Assembly (NCBI GenBank): GCA_046757165.1
Contig: JBHHXT010000097.1
Span: 1 to 17,707, forward strand
DNA length: 17,707 bases
Origin: a bacterium
GTDB lineage: Bacteria > Zhuqueibacterota > Zhuqueibacteria > Oceanimicrobiales > Oceanimicrobiaceae
Direction: 5' to 3'
The notes under the pieces are model-generated. The model saw nothing but the letters and a program-made list of their open reading frames with translations, was not told where the DNA came from and searched no databases. Position numbers and translations under genes: made by a program. Below are positions 8,382 to 16,414 of the stretch, in pieces (the stretch's first letter is position 1; each line of letters begins with the position of its first letter).

Positions 8382-10406
8382 TCAAAACCGCACCAACGCC
8401 GCTTCTTTGTTGCGGCCGAGGACTTGTGGCGTTTGCTCGCGATCTAACGTGCCAGCGGTTCTTTTTACATTCGCAATCAGGTATGCTTCGAGTTCCGCGA
8501 TACTGATTGCCGCGTCATAGTTTTTGTCAGCCTCTCCGCGTAGTCCTTTCAGCAGAAAGTAGGTAAATAAACCATGCTCTTTGTCCGGGTAGGCACTGCT
8601 GATTTCATGACCCGAGGCGGCGGAGAAGACCACCAGGTTGTCGGACCGAAGAACCGGATTCTCGACTTTGATCAGCACAGGTCGGGCATCCGCCAGAAGC
8701 ATGGTGTTCTCTCGCGTCCCGCCGCTAAAACAGGCATCGATAAATACGGTGATTGATTTCGCATTCAGGGTCGAAAGCTCATCATAGAATTGATTCAGGC
8801 TAAACCCTGTCTGGGAAGGATAGTTGGCATCCCCGTCAAACGGGATAAGATAGGCCATTTTCTCCTTGATGTCCGGTGCCCCGTGTCCGGCGAAGTAAAT
8901 GTAGACATCTGAAGTCGGCTGCGCCCGTTTTTTCAACCAGCCCTTGCCGGTAAACAGCTTCAAGAATTCACCTTTGGTGACGTCTTGATCTGTCTTGTAG
9001 TAAATGTTGTTCTTGCTATCTGGAACGCCGAGAACCTTAATCGCATATTCCTTGAAAATGGCTGCATCGCGCTTCGCAAAGGTCACATTGGGAATACCGG
9101 CATATTGTTCGACACCCAGGATAATAGCGATAGCATCTTGATTGTAATTCTTGCTCTTTGGAATATGGGTATCGACGTCAATCGTGAGAGGCGCGCTTTC
9201 GATATCATCGGGTCCCTGGCGACCGGTCACAATCAAGTCTTTGCTGGCTAACTGCGGCTTGTTGAAGGGTAAATCCAAAGGGAGTGTTTTGTCATAGCGG
9301 CCGCGCTCTTCCCGCAAGAGGATGTTGATGGGCACACTGGTGGCCTTACTGTTGGTAAAGACGGTAAACTTGACGTCCTTGAATTCTCCCTGGCGCAGAT
9401 CTCCCAACATAAACTCGGTTTGAGAATCCGGGGTGAGAAAGACGTTCTCGCCCGTCTGGATTGCCGCCCTGACGACTCTTGCCTGACCCTGTCCAACATT
9501 CTTGATACGCGCTGTAATGTCAACCATTTCTCGTGGCTCAATGCGTCTGTTTTTGGAATTGTCATCAATGCCGATGTCGGCGATGACGAGATCCGGTGGC
9601 TCGAGGGCTTTGGTGCTGAAGGTGAGATGGCTGGGCGGATCCAGGTCGAACCCGTTTGCCTCGGCGACGTCGATCCTGAGTCTGACATCCCTGGAGGCCA
9701 CGTGTTGGTCACACGAGACCGGGATGACCACCGATTGCTGGGTGCCGGGCGCAAGATGATCAATGGGCCGGGCATGACCAACTCGGATTCCCGAGATGTC
9801 GCTCTCGGGCGTTGTTTTGATTCTCAGCTCATAGGCGTCGCCGCGGCCATCATTGGTGATATCGACGATGATTTTTCCCGATTCTTCGGCATCGAGAAAG
9901 CCGTTGTTGGAAGGCTCGACAAAATAGAGGTCGACGGCGAGCTGCGCGGGCACGCTTGGCCGGCGCGGTCGCATTTTCTTCCGCGGTCGCCACTCAGGCA
10001 CGTCCCGGCGCCGCAGACGGTCTCTTCTTGGCGGGGTCTCGCCACGATTGATGCGCGTCAGGAACCTCTTGGCCCTTCGTGTCACAATATGACTGATGGA
10101 AGTCGCGAGGTAGAATTTTGCCTGGTCAATTTCACCCAGGTTGAAATAGCAGACCCCGAGCTCCCGGTTGGGGTAGTACTCGATGAACATGACCCCCCGG
10201 GCACGAATTTTTTTTGTGTCTTTGCTTTTGACGTTCAAAGCATCCTGGAAGTGTTCAATGGCCCGGTGCCACTCTTTCTTTTTCATGGCTTTGAGGCCGC
10301 TCTTGTAAGCGTTGAACCACTGTGCGTAGCTCTGGCTGGTCAGAGAATCGAAACACAGGGTCAGCCCCATGCAGAGCAGAAAAATTGGAAGTGTTCTCTT
10401 TGACAT
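8382..10406 (-). CDS. Exported caspase-family (peptidase C14) protein with N-terminal TPR and Ig-like/CARDB-like middle domains, ~674 aa
   Basis: Start re-called at ATG 10406 with RBS AAGGAGG. Signal peptide ...SYA-QW; TPR (AIEHFQDAL, ELGVCYFNLG); catalytic dyad YFAGHG and FIDACFSG; HGLFTYFLLKGL and QTPQ motifs. Confidence 0.9.
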   Translation of the reverse strand: MSKRTLPIFLLCMGLTLCFDSLTSQSYAQWFNAYKSGLKAMKKKEWHRAIEHFQDALNVKSKDTKKIRARGVMFIEYYPNRELGVCYFNLGEIDQAKFYLATSISHIVTRRAKRFLTRINRGETPPRRDRLRRRDVPEWRPRKKMRPRRPSVPAQLAVDLYFVEPSNNGFLDAEESGKIIVDITNDGRGDAYELRIKTTPESDISGIRVGHARPIDHLAPGTQQSVVIPVSCDQHVASRDVRLRIDVAEANGFDLDPPSHLTFSTKALEPPDLVIADIGIDDNSKNRRIEPREMVDITARIKNVGQGQARVVRAAIQTGENVFLTPDSQTEFMLGDLRQGEFKDVKFTVFTNSKATSVPINILLREERGRYDKTLPLDLPFNKPQLASKDLIVTGRQGPDDIESAPLTIDVDTHIPKSKNYNQDAIAIILGVEQYAGIPNVTFAKRDAAIFKEYAIKVLGVPDSKNNIYYKTDQDVTKGEFLKLFTGKGWLKKRAQPTSDVYIYFAGHGAPDIKEKMAYLIPFDGDANYPSQTGFSLNQFYDELSTLNAKSITVFIDACFSGGTRENTMLLADARPVLIKVENPVLRSDNLVVFSAASGHEISSAYPDKEHGLFTYFLLKGLRGEADKNYDAAISIAELEAYLIANVKRTAGTLDREQTPQVLGRNKEAALVRF

Positions 10407-10449
10407 GGTAGTCCTCCTTTGACAAAGAGTTGAAAGACAGTCAACTCGC

Positions 10450-11334
10450 TTATCGATAAATTTTGAACGACTTAATCGCTTCCACGCGCCTGTCCGCATC
10501 GATCTCAGCCACCCAGCGCCAGACCTCGTTGAGTCCCGTTTTCCACATCTCCGCGTAACCGGCGCCCGGGCGCAGTATCTTCCGGCTCTGAAAAATAAGA
10601 GAATCTTTGGTTGCCACTGCGACGATGGATTCCATGGCCGCTTCCCGGCCCGGCGGCAAAGCGGTCACGAAAGAGTAGCCAAACCCGGGAAGGGTTCTCG
10701 TTTGCTCTGCCATCTGTCTGTTGGATCTCTCGACCGTGTTTGGGAAGATCAGGTAGACCGAGTCGTTTGCCGCAATGTTGAATACCGTCAGATAACAATC
10801 CTGCGTGGCCCGCACGTTGAATGCAACGCCTTCCCCCTCCTTGTATTGGGTGTTTGACAGCGTCAACTCGAGCTTGAAATTCGGGTCCGGCGCCGCATCT
10901 TCTTCCAGAACATGAAATCGATTGGCCGCGACAAATCTGACGATTTCCGTTCCGTCCGGGAAGGTCGTGATTTCAGATTTTTCTTGCCAGGTCTCTTCAT
11001 CGACGATGCGGCCGCGACGGCTTTCACGAATGTAGTTGGCAAAGGATTCTCCGGTCTCGACCTCTTCCCCCAGCTCTCGCGAGATCTCGAACTGCTGCAG
11101 AAATTTTTCCGCCGTGATGCTGACGCCCAGTGCGCGTTCGATCGCATCCGTTCTGGCATTCCGGCGGGCACGCTGTTTCGCCTCTGCCGGCGTAATGTTT
11201 TCGTTTAGATAAGCCGTGCCCCTGCCCGTCACCCAGACACCGTCACGTTGGGCCAGGAGAGACCACCGCGAAGGAAACGGAGAAAAGAGCAGACAAAAAC
11301 AACAAATGAAAGTCAGCCGCTGAAAGAAAAGCAT
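10450..11334 (-). CDS. Exported DUF4384-like domain protein with FlgT-N/LPP20-like N-terminal domain, 294 aa
   Basis: Signal peptide; GRGTA...AKQRARRNARTDAIERALGV; C-terminal YKEGEGVAFNVRATQDCYLTVFNI...LIFPN...ESIVAVAT matches my recollection of DUF4384. Confidence 0.75.
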   Translation of the reverse strand: MLFFQRLTFICCFCLLFSPFPSRWSLLAQRDGVWVTGRGTAYLNENITPAEAKQRARRNARTDAIERALGVSITAEKFLQQFEISRELGEEVETGESFANYIRESRRGRIVDEETWQEKSEITTFPDGTEIVRFVAANRFHVLEEDAAPDPNFKLELTLSNTQYKEGEGVAFNVRATQDCYLTVFNIAANDSVYLIFPNTVERSNRQMAEQTRTLPGFGYSFVTALPPGREAAMESIVAVATKDSLIFQSRKILRPGAGYAEMWKTGLNEVWRWVAEIDADRRVEAIKSFKIYR

Positions 11335-11582
11335 GGTAACCCCGAGACAATTTGCAGGCTTGTGTTTTCTCTGGCCATCTCACCGGCCAGATTCGCATTT
11401 ACTCTACACCCGTGAATACCACAAAAGAATAACTAACTACGAGAAATCTCGAGCACAGTGGAAGTCGGAAAAACGCCAATATCTAATGCCGGAACCGTCG
11501 ATCTCGCAAATCATGTCGTGCTCAGAAGAAGAACGAGATGGTGCTCGAGACAGATGTCGGAAATGTTATGTGTACGATAATA

Positions 11583-11627
11583 AACTAATAAAACGTCACA
11601 TTGTCAACCCTTTTTTGGAGCTGTCAA
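11583..11627 (-). promoter_or_regulatory. Candidate sigma70 promoter(s) for the minus-strand cluster
   Basis: Two minus-strand TTGACA boxes (11607..11602 and 11627..11622), 20 bp apart, followed by an AT-rich TTTATTAT tract. The -10 match is imperfect. Confidence 0.35.
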
Positions 11628-11698
11628 CCGAAATTTCTCGGTTTGGTGATATACCATGAGCAAGGACTCACACCGGCAGGCGCGCTTCACCTTTTCAG

Positions 11699-11727
11699 TT
11701 GCGCCAGAGAAATATTTGCGCTATATT
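11699..11727 (+). promoter_or_regulatory. Putative sigma70 promoter for the lytic transglycosylase
   Basis: TTGCGC (11699-11704) - 17 nt - TATATT (11722-11727). This implies the ORF-track TTG start at 11699 is too early. Confidence 0.45.
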
Positions 11728-11755
11728 AGCCGTGTTCTCAACGATGGGGGAGGTC

Positions 11756-13249
11756 ATGCTTGATAACTTACGCAACATAATAGCCGACGCAAAGCTCTCA
11801 GGTAAGAAAGCTGCGTTCATCTCGGGTCTGGTGCTCGGATCCGTGCTGACACTGATCGTCACCTATTCCGGCAACCTTGTTGATTCCTACCTGCATCGGC
11901 CGCGGGAAGAAGTGCAACGGGACGTCATGCTGCCCGGTCTGGACCTGCCAGAAAATGACAGAGTCCAGGCAAGCATTCAACATTACCTGCAAGCCGGGCG
12001 CAAAGCTGATTTGGTGCAAAGCTACCGCCGGTCCGGGAGCTATCTGCCGATGATTACGGCGATTTTCGAAGAACACGATGTGCCGCAGGCACTGGCCTAT
12101 CTCCCGATGATTGAAAGCCGTTTCATTCCGACCCGCCGGTCTCCCGCCGGTGCGGTCGGGTTGTGGCAGATCATGCCGGCGACGGCTTCGCAGTACGGCC
12201 TGAAGTACAATCGCTGGATAGACGAGCGCCGCGACCCGGAGAAAGCCACCGTTGTGGCGGCACAACATCTCGGGTTTCTGTACAAGAAACTCAGAAATTG
12301 GGATCTGGTTCTGGCCGCCTACAACTGCGGATTGTCAAAGCTCAGACGCGCCATGAGAAGCGAAGGAAGCGCCGATTTCTGGCAGCTCGAGCGAATTCCA
12401 AGAGAAACCTATGAGTTTGTTCCCGGCTACTATGCCATTCTGCACATTCTGCAAGACCCTCAGCAGTACGGTATCGTCCTTCCTGAAACAAGTGACCCGC
12501 TGGACTACGAAAGCATCGACATTGAAGCCACGTTTTCGATCGAGCAGCTTGCGAACCTGACCAGCGTGCCACCGAGCGTCTTGAAACGATATAACCCCGC
12601 CTTGACCAGCAATATCGCGCCGAGCGGAAGTTATTCGGTGAAGGTGCCCAAAGGGGTGAGAGAGCAGTTTCTCGAGAACTCCAAACAGAATGGCCTCGAG
12701 CGAGTCGAAATCACTTACACAACCCACAAGGTGCGAAGAGGCGAGACTCTGGCTAAGATAGCGAAAAAATATGGCACCACTGTCAGCGCCATCATGGCCG
12801 ACAATAGTCTTCGCAGCGCGCGACGGATCAAAGCTGGCAGCAAACTGAGAATTGCCTCCGTGACCATCAACAAGCCTGAGGCCGCAAGAAAGACACCGGA
12901 TGATATTGCGCTGCAAGACGATGTCGCTGAATCAAGCAAAGTCAGATTCGTCTACAAAGTCGAGCGGGACGGTCTGTCGCTGGGCTCTTTGACGCGTACC
13001 TACCTGGTCACCCGGGAGGAGCTGATGGCCTGGAATCCCTGGCTAAGAACCGACCATTTGCAGGCAGGGGAGGAGCTGAGCATTTACAAATCCGTCGCCG
13101 ACATCGCGTTTCACAAAACAAGACGTGGGGATTCACTCTGGAAGTTAGCCAGAAGATATAAAACCACGGTGCGCGAGCTGAAGCGCTGGAATCAGCTAAC
13201 AGGTTCAAAAATCTATCCGGGCAGCAATTTGATCGTGAGTTTGAATTGA
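11756..13249 (+). CDS. mltD: MltD-like lytic murein transglycosylase with LysM repeats
   Basis: SLT motifs LPMIESRF, SPAGAVGLWQIMPATA, DERRDPEKAT, LAAYNCG, ETYEFVP; LysM repeats HKVRRGETLAKIAKKYGTTV and HKTRRGDSLWKLARRY; N-terminal TM segment. ATG 11756 follows GGGGGAGG; ATG 11744 is an alternative. Confidence 0.9.
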   Translation: MLDNLRNIIADAKLSGKKAAFISGLVLGSVLTLIVTYSGNLVDSYLHRPREEVQRDVMLPGLDLPENDRVQASIQHYLQAGRKADLVQSYRRSGSYLPMITAIFEEHDVPQALAYLPMIESRFIPTRRSPAGAVGLWQIMPATASQYGLKYNRWIDERRDPEKATVVAAQHLGFLYKKLRNWDLVLAAYNCGLSKLRRAMRSEGSADFWQLERIPRETYEFVPGYYAILHILQDPQQYGIVLPETSDPLDYESIDIEATFSIEQLANLTSVPPSVLKRYNPALTSNIAPSGSYSVKVPKGVREQFLENSKQNGLERVEITYTTHKVRRGETLAKIAKKYGTTVSAIMADNSLRSARRIKAGSKLRIASVTINKPEAARKTPDDIALQDDVAESSKVRFVYKVERDGLSLGSLTRTYLVTREELMAWNPWLRTDHLQAGEELSIYKSVADIAFHKTRRGDSLWKLARRYKTTVRELKRWNQLTGSKIYPGSNLIVSLN

Positions 13250-13283
13250 ACCGCCCGTATATCGATAGAACAAAAAAATATCC

Positions 13284-13463
13284 AGCCACGGATGTACACT
13301 GATGAACATGGATTTCTTCACAACTCTACAGGGAGTCGTGCTACTCCAGGGGAAACGCCGAATTTCATCAAATCACTAAGTGATGAAAATTCCTTGAAAA
13401 AGTTGACACACACACACACAAATAAGACCATAATCCGTGTTTTATCCGTGAAAATCGGTGGCT
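13284..13463. repeat. Inverted pair of short-period CACGGAT/ATCCGTG repeat tracts
   Basis: AGCCACGGATGTACACTGATGAACATGGATT (13284-13314) pairs with AATCCGTGTTTTATCCGTGAAAATCGGTGGCT (13432-13463). A similar tract lies at 1734-1753. Confidence 0.6.
13403..13434 (+). promoter_or_regulatory. Promoter-like element with a (CA)7 microsatellite in the spacer
   Basis: TTGACA (13403-13408) - 20 nt - CATAAT (13429-13434); (CA)7 at 13407-13420. Confidence 0.35.
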
Positions 13464-13519
13464 CATAAAAAACTTTGCCAAAAAAAACACAATGTCGGCT
13501 AGAAGATTCTTCGAGTGAG

Positions 13520-13613
13520 AAATCCGTGTGGTTTTTTTATCCGTGTGGAATATTTCACTTTTTCCTGCCCGCAGGACCATCTCTACTGCGAGAAGTCCCA
13601 GATCGAGACGTAG
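13520..13613 (-). repeat. Dispersed repeat family B, copy 2 (inverted)
   Basis: The reverse complement CTACGTCTCGATCTGGGACTTC...AAATATTCCACACGGATAAAAAAACCAC aligns with 1633-1723. Confidence 0.8.
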
Positions 13614-13635
13614 TTATTTAATGAAAGACTGAGCC

Positions 13636-15033
13636 GTGAGTAAGACCAAGATCATGATCGTGGACGATGACCCGGGCATTCTCTATTCACTCAGCATGAC
13701 CCTGCGAAAAGAGGGCTACGAAGTGGTTGCTGCTGCCGATGGCAAAGAATGTCTGGATCAGGTTGACAAGGAGGCGCCACAGGTCATCTACCTGGACATT
13801 GCCATGCCCGAAATCAGCGGACTGGAGGCGTTAGAAGAGCTAAAAAAAAGAGGGGTAGAAATCCCCGTCGTCGTGATGACCGGGCATGGTACAATGGGGA
13901 ATGCCATTCGTGCCGTGCAACTGGGCGCGTATGAATACATCACCAAACCGTTGGACAGGGAGAAGATCAAGCTGACCACAAAACGTGCACTCGAAACCCT
14001 GAGACTCAAACGGGAAGTCACCGATTTGCAATTGCGCTTAGGGAAGGAAGGAGCAGAGGTTGAGAAAGACGAGATCGTCGGCACCAGCGCCGCCATGCAG
14101 GACATCTACAAAGCCATTGGCGCCATTACAAACTCATCCAACTTGACGACGGTTCTCATCGAAGGCGAAAGCGGCACGGGCAAAGAGCTGGTGGCCAAGG
14201 CGATCCACAATCACGGCCCGTTTGCAAACGAACCGTTTGTTGCCATCAATTGCACGGTTTTGCCGCCGGACCTTTTGGCCAGCGAGTTGTTCGGGCATGA
14301 GAAAGGCGCCTTCACCGGGGCCGTGGACCGACGAATTGGCAAGCTCGAGTTTGCCAATTCCGGAACGGTTTTCCTGGATGAAATTGGCGACATGGACCGC
14401 GACATGCAAAAGAAGTTTCTGCGCGTTCTGCAGGAACGTCAATACCAACGTCTGGGGAGCAACGCCACCCGGGAGGTCAAAGCACGATTCATCACCGCCA
14501 CCAACAAAGATCTCAAACAAGTCGTACGGGATGGCCAGTTTCGACAAGATTTATATTATCGTCTCAATGTGGTCAATATCACCCTACCGCCTCTGCGCGA
14601 GCGCACCGGAGACATTCCGCTGCTGGCAAATTATTTTCTACACCGTCACAATCGGCTTTTGGGGAAAAACATCAAAGCCATTGCTGAGGAGGCCCTCACC
14701 GTCCTGGAGCACTACTCCTGGCCCGGCAATGTGCGGGAGCTGGAAAATGTCATGCACAGCAGCGTGACGCTGGAGCAAGGAGATATCATTCTTCCTTCCT
14801 CGCTGCCTGCCCATATCAGAGAGACTGAACCCCCTGTTGCAACCGGTTTTCAGATCACAAATCTCAACCTGGAAGAAGCGCGGAAGCAATTTACAGAACG
14901 GTTTGAGAAGCAGTATATTGAAACGCTCTTCAAGGCCACTGACGGCAATGTGGCACGGGCGGCTGAGCAGGCGGGTGTCACCGTAAGAAGCATTCAACGA
15001 CTGTTACAAAAGTACGGGATTCGAGAGATTTAA
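13636..15033 (+). CDS. NtrC-family sigma54-dependent response regulator (REC-AAA+-HTH Fis), 465 aa
   Basis: REC motifs IVDDD and YLDIAMP; Walker A GESGTGKE; GAFTGA loop; FLDEIGD; RQDLYYRL; WPGNVREL; HTH GNVARAAEQAGV. GTG start. Confidence 0.95.
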   Translation: MSKTKIMIVDDDPGILYSLSMTLRKEGYEVVAAADGKECLDQVDKEAPQVIYLDIAMPEISGLEALEELKKRGVEIPVVVMTGHGTMGNAIRAVQLGAYEYITKPLDREKIKLTTKRALETLRLKREVTDLQLRLGKEGAEVEKDEIVGTSAAMQDIYKAIGAITNSSNLTTVLIEGESGTGKELVAKAIHNHGPFANEPFVAINCTVLPPDLLASELFGHEKGAFTGAVDRRIGKLEFANSGTVFLDEIGDMDRDMQKKFLRVLQERQYQRLGSNATREVKARFITATNKDLKQVVRDGQFRQDLYYRLNVVNITLPPLRERTGDIPLLANYFLHRHNRLLGKNIKAIAEEALTVLEHYSWPGNVRELENVMHSSVTLEQGDIILPSSLPAHIRETEPPVATGFQITNLNLEEARKQFTERFEKQYIETLFKATDGNVARAAEQAGVTVRSIQRLLQKYGIREI

Positions 15034-15110
15034 GGGTGAGTCGAGGTACTGGTGAATTATCTTAACGTTATTTTCTGTCCTTTTGGCCCCGAAAAACCGC
15101 TGGCGCCGGG

Positions 15111-16013
15111 ATGATCTCGAGCCACCTGCCCGAAGGCTCTCGCCGCGCCGCGAAAGGGCTGGATGCCGCCATTGTCAGCATCGTCGCCAATGCGCTGCTT
15201 GCCATCGCAAAAATTATGGCCGGCGTCATCGGCCATTCCTATGCGCTCATCGCTGACGGCATCGAGTCGACAACCGATATTTTCGGGTCCACCATCGTAT
15301 GGGGAGGACTGCGAATAGGAGCGATCCCGCCCGATGCGAATCATCCGTACGGACATGGAAAGGCAGAATCCTTAGCCGCGCTCATGGTCTCACTAACCCT
15401 GGTCGGGGCCGCCATTACCATCGCCATCCAGAGTATGTTAGAGATTCGGACCCCGCACCACTTGCCGGCTCCGTTTACTCTGATTGTCCTCATTGCTGTC
15501 GTTGCCATCAAAGAGGTGCTGTTTCGCTTCTTGTCCGGAGTTGGCAAAGCGCTGGACAGTTTGGCCATCAACGTCGATGCCTGGCATCATCGCACCGATG
15601 CCCTGACCTCGGCGGCAGCTTTTATCGGCATCACCATTGCGCTCCTGGCAGGAGAAGGGTATGAAAGCGCTGATGATTGGGCGGCCCTGTTCGCCTGTGG
15701 CGTGGTTGCGTTCAACGGCATCCGGTTGATGAAGTCTGCTATCGCCGAGATCATGGACGCCGCGCCCGCGCCTGAAATCGAAGATAACGTTCGAAAAATT
15801 GCCGCCGCAGTCAACGGTGCCGTCGAAATCGAAAAATGTCGCGTGCGCAAAAGCGGTCTGGGCATCTTTGTTGAAATCCATGTCGAAGTTGACCGCGAGA
15901 TTTCTGTGGTTCATGGTCACGAAATCGCACATGCTGTGAAGGATGCGCTGATAACATCAAGTTTAGCAGTGGTGGATGCGGTGGTGCACATAGAACCAGC
16001 CAAAGGTTCCTGA
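15111..16013 (+). CDS. Cation diffusion facilitator (CDF) family metal transporter, 300 aa
   Basis: SYALIADGIESTTD, HPYGHGKAE, DAWHHRTD, six TM segments, C-terminal EIHVEVD...GHEIAH...VHIEP domain. Confidence 0.93.
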   Translation: MISSHLPEGSRRAAKGLDAAIVSIVANALLAIAKIMAGVIGHSYALIADGIESTTDIFGSTIVWGGLRIGAIPPDANHPYGHGKAESLAALMVSLTLVGAAITIAIQSMLEIRTPHHLPAPFTLIVLIAVVAIKEVLFRFLSGVGKALDSLAINVDAWHHRTDALTSAAAFIGITIALLAGEGYESADDWAALFACGVVAFNGIRLMKSAIAEIMDAAPAPEIEDNVRKIAAAVNGAVEIEKCRVRKSGLGIFVEIHVEVDREISVVHGHEIAHAVKDALITSSLAVVDAVVHIEPAKGS

Positions 16014-16016
16014 GAG

Positions 16017-16136
16017 CCGGACAAGCCCCGCAGAAGGCGCGGGATTCAACAACCGGAAACTCGAAATCCTAAACTCCAATTTCGAAAGAGACCGGGCTTG
16101 CCCAAAAGTGGCAAAAGATGATTTGTCAGGTACTAA
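16017..16136 (+). mobile_element. MITE-like repeat family D, copy 2, with an extra hairpin insert
   Basis: CCGGACAAGCC...GGAAACTCGAAATCCTAAACTC...TCGAAAGA...TTGTCAGG..CTAA matches the reverse complement of 7592-7695. It has an extra ~27 nt containing CCCGC-AGAAGGC-GCGGG. Confidence 0.7.
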
Positions 16137-16202
16137 TAGCCTACAGTCTAAACACCTGAGTCGGTACCCTGATTCAAGCAAGCAACGATCCTCCTCAGGA
16201 AA

Positions 16203-16239
16203 CGACATTCCACGTCGCCCGAAACGACATGGAATGTCG
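16203..16239. promoter_or_regulatory. Tandem palindromic enhancer-like (UAS) sites
   Basis: CGACA-TTCCA-CGTCG (16203-16217) and CGACA-TGGAA-TGTCG (16225-16239), 22 bp apart and about 120-160 bp upstream of a sigma54-like box. Confidence 0.6.
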
Positions 16240-16360
16240 TTGTCCGTGTAAACCTTGCCCCCTCTTCACAAAACACACGCCAACGTGTAGGGACTGCAAC
16301 TCAATTCATTTAAACCACTTACGCGTTCCACCACCAGACTCCGTTCGACTTTCCCAATTG

Positions 16361-16376
16361 TGGTATGCAACTTGTA
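16361..16376 (+). promoter_or_regulatory. Putative sigma54 (-24/-12) promoter
   Basis: TGGTATG-CAAC-TTGTA versus consensus TGGCACG-N4-TTGCW. The GG-N10-G spacing is exact, with GT instead of GC at -12. Confidence 0.6.
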
Positions 16377-16414
16377 AGGCGTGAGGTGAAGAGATTAAGA
16401 GCGCCATCACCTAA

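Noticed and set aside
6219..11334. Flagellar flgOPT locus or T6SS tagQRST-ppkA locus
   Set aside because: Only domain-level resemblance. No flagellar or T6SS structural genes, ABC transporter or phosphatase are in the window.
11333..11659. 108-aa plus-strand ORF in the divergent region
   Set aside because: No RBS or motif, and it overlaps promoter-like elements and the start of the opposite gene.
1779..11756. ORF-track starts at 3368, 7004, 10499 and 11699
   Set aside because: Downstream ATGs (3278, 6971, 10406, 11756) have an RBS or translational coupling and place the signal peptide or TM segment near the N-terminus.
342..15932. Long antisense or alternate-frame ORFs (342..1145, 3966..4823, 5238..5792, 9420..10403, 12335..12916, 14222..14767, 15438..15932 and others)
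   Set aside because: They overlap well-supported genes and lack motifs, as expected for shadow ORFs in GC-rich coding DNA.
16201..16241. 12-bp inverted repeat as an intrinsic terminator
   Set aside because: It has a 17-nt loop and no U-tract, and is better explained as two tandem palindromic binding sites.
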